Positions 48,927-58,953 of a stretch of DNA of 64,000 bases are shown here, piece by piece. Below the pieces are notes generated by a model that made no database searches, was not told where the DNA came from, and saw nothing but the letters and a program-made list of their open reading frames with translations. Source of the DNA: Candidatus Krumholzibacteriia bacterium (GTDB lineage Bacteria; Krumholzibacteriota; Krumholzibacteriia; JAJRXK01); NCBI GenBank assembly GCA_041484665.1, contig JBGPIA010000001.1, forward strand, positions 512,001 through 576,000, given 5' to 3'. Position 1 is the stretch's first letter. Each line of letters starts with the position of its first letter. The translations under genes were made by a program, and so were the position numbers.

Positions 48927-49915
48927 GGCTTCGCACCCGTGCCAGTCGCCGCGTGCAGCACCGCCTCGGCAGGCATTCCGGGCTTGAACAGGCCGTCCTC
49001 GTTGTGCAGCGCGATCTTGACGCGGTAGACGAGCTTCACGCGCTCCTCGCGTGTCTGGACGTTCTTGGGCGTGAACTCGGCCTGGGATGCGATGGCGGTC
49101 ACCGTCCCCTGCCGCGTCTGACCATCGTCGGTGCGCACCTGCGCCGGTTGGCCGACGCGCAGGCGCGCGAGGTCCAGCTCGCCGACGTACGCGGTCAGCC
49201 AGGCGTCGTGCAGGTCGGTGATCACCGCAAGCGTCGCCCCGGGCGCCACGAGCTCTCCCTGTTCCACGGTCTTCGCGGTGACGATGCCCGCCCGCGGACT
49301 GTGGACGACAGCGTCGGTGAGCTGCTGTCGCAGCTGATCGACACGGGCGTGCGTGGCGGCCAGGCGAGCGCGCGCACCGTCGATCTCCTGAGGCCGGCTG
49401 AGCGACCGTAGCTTGCGCAGGCGCTCCTGCGCGCCGGCCAGCGAGGCCGCGGCCACGTCGCGGCGCGTCCTGGCGTCATCGCGAGCCTTCACCGCGCCCG
49501 AGCCCAGGTCGAGCAGCCCTTGCATGCGCGAGAGATCGCTCTGCGCGCCGGTCAGGTCCGCCTGCGCGCGGTCGACCTGGGTCTGCGCCTCGGCGATGTC
49601 CTCGGTCCGTGCGCCGGCCAGGCGCAGGCGCAGGTCGGCGTCGACCTGGTCGCGGTCGGCGCGTGCCCCAGCCAGCGCCAGACCGACATCGACCGTGTCC
49701 ATGCGCGCCACGACCTGCCCCGCAATGACCGTATCTCCCTCCTGCAGTGTGAACCACTGCAGCGTCCCGCCCAGCTTGGTGGCAACGTGGATCTCGGTGG
49801 CCTCGACGTGGCCCGTGGCCAGGATGGCGCTGGGATCTCCGCTGTGGCCGCACGCCGCCAGCAGCAGAAGCGCCGCCCAGCCGGGGAGCGTCCGGTCTGG
49901 TGCCATGCGATGCAT
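48923..49915 (-). CDS. HlyD-family adaptor (YbhG-like) lipoprotein
   Basis: LAAC lipobox, GHVEATE, AEFTPKNVQT..ER..LVYRVKI, KPGMPA. Confidence 0.92.
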   Translation of the reverse strand: MHRMAPDRTLPGWAALLLLAACGHSGDPSAILATGHVEATEIHVATKLGGTLQWFTLQEGDTVIAGQVVARMDTVDVGLALAGARADRDQVDADLRLRLAGARTEDIAEAQTQVDRAQADLTGAQSDLSRMQGLLDLGSGAVKARDDARTRRDVAAASLAGAQERLRKLRSLSRPQEIDGARARLAATHARVDQLRQQLTDAVVHSPRAGIVTAKTVEQGELVAPGATLAVITDLHDAWLTAYVGELDLARLRVGQPAQVRTDDGQTRQGTVTAIASQAEFTPKNVQTREERVKLVYRVKIALHNEDGLFKPGMPAEAVLHAATGTGAKP

Positions 49916-49916
49916 C

Positions 49917-50573
49917 TCATCCCCCCTGCCCGGCCCCCACCGGCGTCGCGCCGGCGAGACCGCGCCTGAACAACTCGGTGATGTGCTCGATGTACTCATC
50001 CTCGGTCGGCATGTACAACTGCACGCGCCTCCCCTTGACCAGACGCTGACGCACCGGTGCGGTGGCGAAGAAGAAGATCACGCTTCCGATCATGCTGACG
50101 TGCGTGGCCACCGGATCGACGTTGCGGAAGACTCCTTCACGCATGCCTTGCTCCAGGATGCCGCGTACGAGCGCCAGGATCTCAAGGGGATAGGTGAGCG
50201 GAACTGCTGGAGCGCGCCTCCCCCCGGCCATGGCCTCGCGCAGCATCATCGCCGGGAATTCCGGGTGGGAGCCCGCGAACTCGCGTAGGACCAGGACGAA
50301 CGCGCGCAGTGCCTGATCGGGCTGAGGCGTCGACGCGCGCATCGCCTGCAGGCGCGCGAGCAGCGGCTCGAAGGTCGCGCGCAGGATCGCGTCGTACAGC
50401 CCGGCCTTGCCGCGGAAGTGGTAGCTGATGAGGGCCCGGTTCACCCCTGCCGCGCGGGCGATCTGCTCCACGGTCGTGCCGTCGAAGCCGTTGCGGGCAA
50501 AGAGCTTGGCGCCGGCCGCCCGCAGCGCGACGCGCGTCGCCTGGGAGCCGCGCTGACGGTTCGAACGTGGCAC
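49917..50573 (-). CDS. TetR/AcrR family regulator (CecR-like) heading the efflux operon
   Basis: LFARNGFDGTTVEQIARAAGVNRALISYHFRGK. Confidence 0.92.
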   Translation of the reverse strand: MPRSNRQRGSQATRVALRAAGAKLFARNGFDGTTVEQIARAAGVNRALISYHFRGKAGLYDAILRATFEPLLARLQAMRASTPQPDQALRAFVLVLREFAGSHPEFPAMMLREAMAGGRRAPAVPLTYPLEILALVRGILEQGMREGVFRNVDPVATHVSMIGSVIFFFATAPVRQRLVKGRRVQLYMPTEDEYIEHITELFRRGLAGATPVGAGQGG

Positions 50574-50599
50574 GCCCCACCTGCTGCCGGACGTCTGGT

Positions 50600-50636
50600 A
50601 TTCAACCGTTCGTTTGAATCAAACGTTTAGTTGAAT
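50600..50636. promoter_or_regulatory. Tandem imperfect palindromes, putative TetR operators
   Basis: ATTCAACCGTTCGTTTGAAT (50600-50619) and AATCAAACGTTTAGTTGAAT (50617-50636). Confidence 0.7.
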
Positions 50637-50662
50637 CTAGGCCCAGGCGTGCCGCGTGTCAA
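50634..50662 (-). promoter_or_regulatory. Sigma70 promoter of the TetR-efflux operon: TTGACA-17-TAGATT
   Basis: -35 at 50662-50657, -10 at 50639-50634. Confidence 0.75.
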
Positions 50663-50761
50663 GCGTTCGGGGGGGCGATCGGAGCTGGGCGGTGGCCGGC
50701 GCCGACGCCCCCGCTCCGCCGGTCGGCATCGCTCGCCGCAGGTTGGATTCCCGCGGGCCGA

Positions 50762-51226
50762 CTACCAGCGGTGGTAGGCGGGGTGACCCGGTTTCACGGC
50801 GACGAACGTCCCTTCGCAGGTCGCACAGACCTGCCCGCTGGACTCCAGCGTCGCCTTCACCTTCGCGCGCTCGTCGGTGGAGCTCACGACGGTGGCGCGC
50901 AACATGACCGGACCGTCGCTGGGCGTCGGCCGCCATAGCCGGACGTGGTAGTCGGCGGTGACGGTGCAGGGTGGCTGGTCCTCGCCGGCCTTCTGCATGA
51001 GATGCCAGGCCGCCGTCCAATTGCTGTGACAGTCCAGCAGAGTGCCGACGATGCCTCCACTGACCATCCCGGGGTAGGCCTCGTGGTGCGGCTCCGGCGT
51101 CCAGGTCGCCACGACGGCGTCGCCGTCGGGGTGGCTCTGGATGCGCAGGCCCTTGGGATTGGCCGGGCCGCACCCGAAGCAGGCGTGTTGCGGCGCGAAG
51201 CGCTGTTGCAGGCTGAGGTTCTCCAT
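50762..51226 (-). CDS. PaaI-family hotdog thioesterase
   Basis: CFGCGPANPKGL, SGGIVGTLLDCH, VTA.Y.VRL.RPTP. Confidence 0.88.
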   Translation of the reverse strand: MENLSLQQRFAPQHACFGCGPANPKGLRIQSHPDGDAVVATWTPEPHHEAYPGMVSGGIVGTLLDCHSNWTAAWHLMQKAGEDQPPCTVTADYHVRLWRPTPSDGPVMLRATVVSSTDERAKVKATLESSGQVCATCEGTFVAVKPGHPAYHRW

Positions 51227-51260
51227 GGGCCCCAGTCTACGCGCTTTGGGGCTGCGCTGC

Positions 51261-51875
51261 CTACTCGCTCCTGGGCTTGTCTGCCGCCGCTCTCCTGAGC
51301 TCGACGCCGCTGGCGACTACGGCCACCACGCTCTGTGGTCCCTTGATCGCGTCCGGGTTGCCGCCCTCGGACTCCGCGGCGAAATGGCGGGCGACCTCCT
51401 CCGGCATCGTCTCGCGGCTGACTTGCGCGACGATGACCGCCTTGGCGCCTTTGGCATCGCGTGGCACGAAGAAGCCGTAGTCCTTGAACGTAACCCGCAC
51501 CGTGGCGTCGCCGTCCCGCAGCATCATCCAACACCCCCGCTTGGAGCAGACGTCCAGCACCTCCCCCTCCAGCCGGATCGTCCGCCCGGCGTAGCGCTCA
51601 GCATCCGCCAGCGCGGAGGTAAGCTCGACTCTGTCGAAGGCGTCGATCGGCGTGCCCGCCTTGTAGAGACCCGCCGGGTCGAACCCCAGCGCAGCGGGTT
51701 CCGCCGGCGCAGCGGGCTCGGCCGCCGTGGCGGCGTTCTGGGTGGCGACGGACGAGCCCTGCTGGGCGGTGTCAGCCGCGCGGAGCTGTCCCTGCTCGCT
51801 GCATACGCACAGCATCAGGGCCAGCGCGCAGCACAGCATCGCAAGCTGCGGCGGACGAAGGTCGGATGCGCACAT
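51261..51875 (-). CDS. DUF4920-like OB-fold exported protein
   Basis: VCSKRGCWM, VTFKDYGFFVP, ARHFAAE. Confidence 0.8.
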   Translation of the reverse strand: MCASDLRPPQLAMLCCALALMLCVCSEQGQLRAADTAQQGSSVATQNAATAAEPAAPAEPAALGFDPAGLYKAGTPIDAFDRVELTSALADAERYAGRTIRLEGEVLDVCSKRGCWMMLRDGDATVRVTFKDYGFFVPRDAKGAKAVIVAQVSRETMPEEVARHFAAESEGGNPDAIKGPQSVVAVVASGVELRRAAADKPRSE

Positions 51876-51959
51876 GGTTTCTCCTCGAGGGTTGGAGCGA
51901 AAGCGCCAAGTGAAAGAAAGGCCGCGTGTCCCGCCCGGTCCAGCGCGGGCGTGGCATCC

Positions 51960-54095
51960 CTAGTGGCCCGCCGCGTGCGGTCGCGGCGCCGTGTGCAGGA
52001 GGTTGCGCTCCCAGAACAACGCCACCGCCAGCCGGTAGTAATCGGCGTTCTGCTGCTTGCCGAAGCCGTGCCCCTCGTCACCGGCGAACAGACTCCACAC
52101 CTCTTGGCCGTTGGCGCGCACGGCGGCGACGATAGCCTGTGCCTGCGCCAACGGCACGCGCGGGTCGTTGGCCCCGTGGGCCACCAGCAGGGGCGTGTGG
52201 ATCTGCGATGCCTTGCGCAGCGGCGAGATCGAATCCAGGAACTCGCGCATCTGCGGGTTCCGCTCGTCGCCGTACTCCGCCCGGCGCGCGTCGCGCCGGC
52301 TCTCGTGGGTGCCCTGCAGGAAGGTGACGAAATCGCTGAGCCCGACGTAGTCCACGGCCGCTGCGATCCGGCCGCCGTAATGGACCAGCGCCGCCAACAC
52401 GAGGTACCCGCCGTAGCTGCCGCCGTAGACTCCTACCCGTGATGCGTCCAGCTCGGGCTGGCGCGCGATCCAGTCCAGCAACGCCCCCACGTCGCGCACG
52501 GCATCCTCGCGGCGGCGCCCGTCGTCGAGCATCTGGAACGTCCGGCCGTAACCCGTCGACCCGCGGACGTTGGGCGCCAGCACGGCGATCCCCTGCTCCT
52601 TCACCCAGTACTGGATGTGGCTCGCGAATTCCGGACGGGTCTGGTCCTCCGGGCCGCCGTGCAGGTAGACGATCACCGGGTGTGGCCCGCGGCCCGCGGG
52701 GTGGAAGTAGAACGCGGCGAGCTTGCGCGGCGCCCCGTCCACGACGTCGAACGTGGGAAACTCAACGCGCTCCGGCTCGACGAACCCGTTGGGATCGAGG
52801 CCACCCACTTCGCTGAGCGTCCAGCGCACCAAGGCTGCAGCGGGCTTGCCCCCCTGCAGGTCGAGGGAGAAGACGTCGCCAGGAGTGGACGGCGTGTTGA
52901 GCACGAGGCCCAGCCGCGTCCCGGCCGGCTCGAACTGCAGGCCGCTGACGACCCCCGTGGGCAGGTCGATGTGGTGACGGCGTCCCGACCGGGTGTCCAT
53001 CAGATAAAGGTCGCTCGCGCCGTTCACATTGGCCGTGAAGGCCAACCACCGCCCGTCTACCGAGAGGGCGACCTCCTCCACGTCCCAGGGCAGGTCCGCG
53101 GTCAGCACCCGCGGCGCCGCGCCGCCCACGCGCAGGTGCGCCAGCCGCCGGAGTTCCCCTCCCGAGTCGCAGACGAAATAGACGCCCTTGCCGCTGGCAT
53201 CGAACACCGCGTCGCCGTACGCCACCGGCTGCGCGAGCTGCTGCAGTGGCTGTTTGTCGCCCGTCGCCACGTCCACGATCCACAGCTGCGAGCTCGATTC
53301 GGAGATCAGGTGCTTCACCAGCAGCTGACGGTCATCCGGCGACCACTCGACCGGGGTCCACCGCCCTTCCCCCTGCAGCAGGACGCGCGAAGCGGCCCCT
53401 GTGCGCGGCTCCACGATCCGGATATCGAAGTCGTGACCGTTGCGGAGTGTGCTCTGGAAGGCCAGGGCGTTGCCCGCCCGGCTCCACAGCAGCCCGCCGC
53501 TGCGCCCGGGCCGTTGGGTGAGTTGCCGCGTGCGGCGCGCGCGCAGATCGAAGAGGTAGAGCTGGTATTCCTCGTCACCGCCCTTGTCCATCGTGAACGC
53601 GAAGGCCGCGCTCTCGACCGCGGGCGACACCGCCGCGCCGGCCACGGGCTCGCCGAAAAAGGTGACCTGCTGCCGCGCGCCGCCCGGCATCTGGACGATG
53701 TGGAGCTGGCGCGTCTCGGCGAAGCGCGTGCCGATCAGGATACCGGCTCCGTCGGGGAGCCACCCCTCGAGGGTGGCGGAGCGCGTGTTGTTGTACTGCT
53801 CCATGCGCGCCGCCACGGAGTCGGGGATCTCGGGGATGCCCTCCGCGGCGATGCTCGCAGCAGCCGCGATGGCGGCCCTGCACTGCGCAGGCTGCGCCCA
53901 GGGCAACGCCGCGAGCCAGGCGGCGGCCACTACGGCGACGCCCAACGACGCCGCGCGCCCCGCCGGAACGCGCGCTTCTCCGGCGGGCAGGGGCGCTACG
54001 CCGGTCCGTACGGGCGCTACGCCGGCGCGCGTGGGCAGCGCGCCGCCGCCGCTGCGCGTCCGACTCGGGGCCGTGACGATCGCCCCTCGTCTCAT
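51960..54095 (-). CDS. S9 prolyl-oligopeptidase family peptidase, secreted
   Basis: HGGPE, PNVRGSTGYG, GGSYGG, HGANDPRVP, DEGHGF. Confidence 0.92.
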   Translation of the reverse strand: MRRGAIVTAPSRTRSGGGALPTRAGVAPVRTGVAPLPAGEARVPAGRAASLGVAVVAAAWLAALPWAQPAQCRAAIAAAASIAAEGIPEIPDSVAARMEQYNNTRSATLEGWLPDGAGILIGTRFAETRQLHIVQMPGGARQQVTFFGEPVAGAAVSPAVESAAFAFTMDKGGDEEYQLYLFDLRARRTRQLTQRPGRSGGLLWSRAGNALAFQSTLRNGHDFDIRIVEPRTGAASRVLLQGEGRWTPVEWSPDDRQLLVKHLISESSSQLWIVDVATGDKQPLQQLAQPVAYGDAVFDASGKGVYFVCDSGGELRRLAHLRVGGAAPRVLTADLPWDVEEVALSVDGRWLAFTANVNGASDLYLMDTRSGRRHHIDLPTGVVSGLQFEPAGTRLGLVLNTPSTPGDVFSLDLQGGKPAAALVRWTLSEVGGLDPNGFVEPERVEFPTFDVVDGAPRKLAAFYFHPAGRGPHPVIVYLHGGPEDQTRPEFASHIQYWVKEQGIAVLAPNVRGSTGYGRTFQMLDDGRRREDAVRDVGALLDWIARQPELDASRVGVYGGSYGGYLVLAALVHYGGRIAAAVDYVGLSDFVTFLQGTHESRRDARRAEYGDERNPQMREFLDSISPLRKASQIHTPLLVAHGANDPRVPLAQAQAIVAAVRANGQEVWSLFAGDEGHGFGKQQNADYYRLAVALFWERNLLHTAPRPHAAGH

Positions 54096-56842
54096 CGGCC
54101 CTCCGTCGCGGTTCCCGATGCGCGCAGCAACGCATTGAACAGCAGCTTGAACTTTGCTTCGGACTGCGCGCGATGCTGCGGGCGGAACCCGAACGATACG
54201 ACGTGGCCCTTGCCCAGCGGGATGTCCAGCAAGGCCGGCAGCCCGGCCACCTTGTCCTCCCCCAGCAGGAAGCCCGCGACACGCACGTGGCGATCGGCGT
54301 AGCGCACCGGGACCGACGTGGGACGCGAGCACGCGATCGGCGCGAACGCGCGGCCCTGGTCGAACCAGACCGCCAGCTCGGCCGGCATGCCCCAGCCCAA
54401 CGGCTCCTCGGGGTCGACCTGCGCGCGCAGCAGCGTGCCCGGCGCGCTGAACTCCGCCTCGGGCAGGCCCTCCAGGCGCACGCGTGCCGGCACGCCCAGG
54501 TACTGGATCGCCCATGGGGTCGCCTGGTCGACGGCGATGAGCGTCCCACCCTGCTCCACGAACAGGCGCAGCCGGTCGCCGGTCTGCTTGCCGCCAATGC
54601 CGCCACGGTACTCCGATGGCCACACCGGCGCGTACGCGTTGGGCGCCTGCTCCGGCTGCTCGCCCTGCTCGAGGGCGGCCTGTCGGATGGAGGGCAGCAC
54701 GATCACGTCGAAGCCGCGCAGAGCACCGAGGGGATCGCCCCGCCGGGCCGAGTCCGGGGGCGGCCGCAGGTCCGCCGCTCGAAGCCTCTGGTGGGGGAAA
54801 CCGTAGCGGTCGAGCACCAACCGCGTCCACGCCTCTTCCATGGAGCCGCCCCAGGGGTCGAACAGACCGATGCGAGGCGCGCGGATCGCGATGGCAAAAG
54901 CCGTCGCCCCGATGTCCTTCAGCCCGCCAGGCACCCGTGCCTGCACGCGCGCGCCCAGCTCGCGCGCGGCATCGCGCACCGCATCGGGCGCTCCTTCGAT
55001 CAGGAAGTCACCCGTCGCCGCGCCTGCCGGCAGCGCGGCCGCGCGCGCACCGTGCCCCGTCGCCGCCGGAGCACCCAGCCGCCGCACGCGGGCGCCGGCC
55101 TTGAGTGCCGCCAGCACGACCCCGTAGGACGCGTTGTCGCTGGCGGGCAGCCACAGGCCGCCAGCCGCGGGCCCGGACTTGAGTTCCGGCTCCCCAGGCC
55201 GGGGCCACCGCGGCGGCAGCTCGGCCGCCGGCGCCGAACCGCTCCACGGCTGCAGCAGGGCCTGGACCTCGACGCCCAGCAGCGCGGGCAGGTTCCAGGC
55301 CATCGCGTCGTAGGGACGGATGACCTGGCCCGCAGCGGACTCGTGCACCCTCGGATACTCATCGGCCTGCAACATCTCGATCAGGAAGGGCCGCTCGGGC
55401 TGCGCGGCGAGCGCCACATATGCGCCGCGCTCGTGCACGCGCCCTTCGATCTCCAGGCGGCCCGGCAGCCAGCCCACCTCGACGCCGCCCGTGCGCAGCA
55501 GCTCCACCAGCCGGGGTGCCGCGCCGGAGTCGTGCTGCTGCGCGGGGATCACGAAGCCGTACGGCGGCTGACTACGTCCGGCCGCCACCGCGTCGCGGTT
55601 CATCGCGTGGAAATTGCGCAGGACGCTCTGCTTCTCGCGCGCGGCCCAGCGCATCATCGACCACGTGAGGTCGCAATCGAGCCCCACGATGTCGCCCAGA
55701 CGCCACCAGCCGCCCGGCCACGGCTGCAGGAAGTTGGCGCGGCGCTCGTACTGCGGCAGACCGCGCCCCTTGCCGGCGAGGCTACCGGGCGGGAAGTACA
55801 AAGGCGTCGCCAGCTGCACGCTCGCCGCCTCGCTCAGCACGCCGAGCATGTTGTGCCAGAAGGCTGTCGAGCGCACCGACCCCGGCCACTCCGCCGTGAA
55901 GATCGTGCTGGTGGCGATGCCGGTCCAGCCGCGGGCGGTGAGATCGCTCACCATCTGCTCGCCGGCGGCCGCGAGCTGGCTGTACACCAGCGGGTGCACG
56001 GTTGCCGAGAGGGGGTCGTCGAAGGGAGGCAGGAACAGGCGTGGGCCCTCGCTCTCCATCTGGTGCTCGTCGAGCACGATCTGCGGCAGCCAGTCCGCAT
56101 GGAGCAACTTCGACCACATGGCCGTCTCGACCAGATTGTTGAAGACGCCATCGCGGTTGTTATCGTGGCCAGCGTACTGGTGGTAGAGCCACGGCGGCGA
56201 GCTCCCCTCGGCGGGGGTGCCGACGGTCTTGCGGTACCAATCGACGACGATCTCGTGCCCGTCGGGATTCATCGATGGCACCAGCAGCAGGAGCACGTTG
56301 GCCCGCAGCTCGCGCATCCAGGGCTCCTCGCTGGTCGCCAGCGCGTGCAGCAGCTCCAGGGAGGCCTGCGTCGCGCCCACCTCGTTGCTGTGCAGACCGA
56401 GGGAGAGCGCGATGATCACGCGGCCCTCGCGCGCCAGCTCCGCCGCGCGTGCGTCATCGGTGCTCGAGACGTCGTGGAGCTGGTGGGAGATCGCGCGCAG
56501 CCGCGCGCGAGAACGGATCCCGTCCTCGTCGCCGGCGATCACCACGATGAAGGGGCGTCCCTGGGTCGTGGTCCCCATGTGTTCCACCACGATACGCTGG
56601 GTGTCCTGGGCGAGCTGGTCGCAGTAGGCGACGACCGTTCGCCAGTCGACGCGCTCGCGGTCCGCGCCGATGGCGTGCCCGACGAACTCCTGGGCAGCGG
56701 GCACGGCCGGGGCGGCGGGAGCGAGAGCCGGGGCGGCGGGAGCGAGAGCCGCAGCGCCGAAAGCGATCGCCACGACGGCAGCATCGGCGGCCGCCCGCGT
56801 GCGGGCGGCCGTCGCAACGAGAGCGCGGGAGGATGCGGGCAC
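54092..56842 (-). CDS. M14 zinc carboxypeptidase-like secreted protein
   Basis: LHSNE, NPDG, YAGHDNNRD, DEHQM, PYD..AW; GTG start after GAGG (start uncertain). Confidence 0.88.
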   Translation of the reverse strand: MPASSRALVATAARTRAAADAAVVAIAFGAAALAPAAPALAPAAPAVPAAQEFVGHAIGADRERVDWRTVVAYCDQLAQDTQRIVVEHMGTTTQGRPFIVVIAGDEDGIRSRARLRAISHQLHDVSSTDDARAAELAREGRVIIALSLGLHSNEVGATQASLELLHALATSEEPWMRELRANVLLLLVPSMNPDGHEIVVDWYRKTVGTPAEGSSPPWLYHQYAGHDNNRDGVFNNLVETAMWSKLLHADWLPQIVLDEHQMESEGPRLFLPPFDDPLSATVHPLVYSQLAAAGEQMVSDLTARGWTGIATSTIFTAEWPGSVRSTAFWHNMLGVLSEAASVQLATPLYFPPGSLAGKGRGLPQYERRANFLQPWPGGWWRLGDIVGLDCDLTWSMMRWAAREKQSVLRNFHAMNRDAVAAGRSQPPYGFVIPAQQHDSGAAPRLVELLRTGGVEVGWLPGRLEIEGRVHERGAYVALAAQPERPFLIEMLQADEYPRVHESAAGQVIRPYDAMAWNLPALLGVEVQALLQPWSGSAPAAELPPRWPRPGEPELKSGPAAGGLWLPASDNASYGVVLAALKAGARVRRLGAPAATGHGARAAALPAGAATGDFLIEGAPDAVRDAARELGARVQARVPGGLKDIGATAFAIAIRAPRIGLFDPWGGSMEEAWTRLVLDRYGFPHQRLRAADLRPPPDSARRGDPLGALRGFDVIVLPSIRQAALEQGEQPEQAPNAYAPVWPSEYRGGIGGKQTGDRLRLFVEQGGTLIAVDQATPWAIQYLGVPARVRLEGLPEAEFSAPGTLLRAQVDPEEPLGWGMPAELAVWFDQGRAFAPIACSRPTSVPVRYADRHVRVAGFLLGEDKVAGLPALLDIPLGKGHVVSFGFRPQHRAQSEAKFKLLFNALLRASGTATEGR

Positions 56843-56847
56843 GGTCC

Positions 56848-58860
56848 TCAGCGGACGAGGGTCATGCGCAATGACTGGCTCACGCCATCGGCCTGCAGCC
56901 GGCAGATGTACACGCCGCTGGCCAGTGGACGACCATCGGAGCCCCGCCCGTCCCACACGTGGGTGTGCCTCCCGGCCGGCAGCGCCCCCGCCAGCAGCGT
57001 GGCCGCTAGACGACCGCGCGTATCGTAGATGCGCAGCGTCGCGTCGCCCGCATGGGCCAAATCGAAACTCAGCGTGGTGGCCGGGTTGAACGGGTTGGGC
57101 ACGTTGGGATGCAGGACCGTGCGCGCCGCCACGATCGCGGGTGCCGACACCCCGCCGGTCTCGACGGCCGCCTGCAGCTCGTACGTGAGCGCGGGCAGCA
57201 GCGCCGCCCCGGCCAGGTCCTGCTGGTCGCGCGTGGAGAATGTAAGCGTGGCAGTATAGGTGGTTCCGCCTGCGGCTCCCGTATCGTCGAAGTGCACCGC
57301 GAAGCTCGCGGGCGTGGCGCCCACCTGGATCGCGGCGAACGCCACCAGGCTGAAGCGGGCGGCGTCCGGCCCGCCAACCTGGGCGGCGTAGACGTCCAGC
57401 AGCGCCTGCAAGGAGCTGTAGCCCGCGTTGTCGACCTCCGCGGTCTGGTCGGTGAAAGCAGCGACGGCGTGACTGCCGAAATCGACGGCCCCGCCGAGCA
57501 CTTGTGCAGCGGCGACGGTCGAGGGCACGGCGTGGTTGTAGACCGTGCCGGTGGCATTGAAGGAGTCGCTGGGGTTGTCCGGCGCATCGCCCGCCACGCT
57601 GATCGTGGCCAAGCGCGCGCCGGCCGTGGCGGTATTCATCGCGATCAGGCGCAGATCGTTGCCGCCGGCTGCCAGCACGAAGGGCCCCGGCGCCGCGGAG
57701 AAGCCCGCTCCAGCCGCAATCGTGTAATCCAGGGCGTCGGCCGGTCCGGTCGCCGTATTCTGCACCGAAAGCGCGCGGACAGCGCTCGCTCCCACCAGCG
57801 CCCCGCCGAAGGAGAGGTCCGCGCTGGTGACCATGATCGCCGGCAGCTGCAGGTCGAGGAAGATCGGCAGGTGGTCCGAGGACGTGTAGAGCGCGGTGGC
57901 GATCGCCGCCGATACCACGCTGTCGGCCGGCGCATCGATGAGCGCGAGATTGAAGTGCGCTCCGTCGTTGCCATAGTTCCGGTAGCTCCCCGGCAGGTAC
58001 GAGAGACCCTGCCCGCCCAACACGTCGTCGTTGGCCAGCAGGAAATCGAAGCGGTCGTCCATGCCGCCGTTGGCGCCGCCGTCGGGCAGCTGGGCCGTGC
58101 GGGTGGACTGCGTGAAGACGTCCGCAAAGGCTCCATTGTTGTGCCAGGGGCCCACGCGGCTGATGGGATCGAAGAGCTGCCCTGCACTGTTGGTCAGAGC
58201 GCCGGTCAGCTCGCCCCAGGCGGGCTCCGTGTCGGTATAGATGTTGTAGTCGCCGCCCAGGAGGAAGCGCGTCCCCACCGACAATCCGTTGAGGTGGTTG
58301 CGCAACAGCGTCGCCTCAGCGAGGCGTAGCTGCTCTTCAGTCGAGCCCTGACTGGCCTTGAGATGCGCCATGTAGACATGGAGCTCGGCCGCCGGCGCCG
58401 TATAGCCCGCAGGACGCAGGGTCCAGCCGTCGATCTGCCGCAGCGCCGTGATGACGTCGACGTGGCCCGTCTCGGTGAAGTGGCCGGTCCGGAAGAAGCA
58501 CGCGTTCTGCGTGTCGGGGCCACTGGTGAAGGTGCCCATCGTCCACGCGCCGGGCTGCCCGAAGTTGAGCACGTTGTTCAGGAACTGCGTGGGGCTCGCG
58601 GAGCTCGTGCCCGCCATCTCGCAGACGACCAGCACGTCGGGGCTGGCCGAGTTGATCGCCAGCCGCAGACTCGGCTCCCGCGTGCTCCCGGTGGTCCCCG
58701 GGTAGTTCAAGACGTTCCACGACATGAGGCGGATCGCCCAGGCTGGTGTTGCAATCGCCAGGGTGAGCAGCGCGAGCAGAGTCGATGCGGCGAGTCTGTG
58801 CGAGGCAGACCGACGCGCACGGCTGGCCGCGCCGCGCGGCGGGAGCTGGACGGGAGGCAT
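56848..58860 (-). CDS. Secreted endonuclease/exonuclease/phosphatase family protein with Ig-like and FlgD-Ig/PNPFNP domains
   Basis: MSWNV, HLKA, GDYN, DDRFDF, SDHLP; PNPFNP..WDGR..SGVY tail. Confidence 0.88.
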   Translation of the reverse strand: MPPVQLPPRGAASRARRSASHRLAASTLLALLTLAIATPAWAIRLMSWNVLNYPGTTGSTREPSLRLAINSASPDVLVVCEMAGTSSASPTQFLNNVLNFGQPGAWTMGTFTSGPDTQNACFFRTGHFTETGHVDVITALRQIDGWTLRPAGYTAPAAELHVYMAHLKASQGSTEEQLRLAEATLLRNHLNGLSVGTRFLLGGDYNIYTDTEPAWGELTGALTNSAGQLFDPISRVGPWHNNGAFADVFTQSTRTAQLPDGGANGGMDDRFDFLLANDDVLGGQGLSYLPGSYRNYGNDGAHFNLALIDAPADSVVSAAIATALYTSSDHLPIFLDLQLPAIMVTSADLSFGGALVGASAVRALSVQNTATGPADALDYTIAAGAGFSAAPGPFVLAAGGNDLRLIAMNTATAGARLATISVAGDAPDNPSDSFNATGTVYNHAVPSTVAAAQVLGGAVDFGSHAVAAFTDQTAEVDNAGYSSLQALLDVYAAQVGGPDAARFSLVAFAAIQVGATPASFAVHFDDTGAAGGTTYTATLTFSTRDQQDLAGAALLPALTYELQAAVETGGVSAPAIVAARTVLHPNVPNPFNPATTLSFDLAHAGDATLRIYDTRGRLAATLLAGALPAGRHTHVWDGRGSDGRPLASGVYICRLQADGVSQSLRMTLVR

Positions 58861-58953
58861 ACGTTGTCCTTTCGGCGCCGGTGGAACTGGGCCGAGCTGA
58901 TTCTACCACGATCCGGCGGGCCTGGCACGACCCGGCCCGGGGCTGCTCGCCGT

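Noticed and set aside
54173..57028. Long antisense and alternate-frame ORFs (951 aa here; also 38357-40840, 22752-25058, 59908-62049, 12416-14329, 17991-20114)
   Set aside because: Shadow ORFs of real genes caused by stop-codon scarcity at high GC; no motifs.
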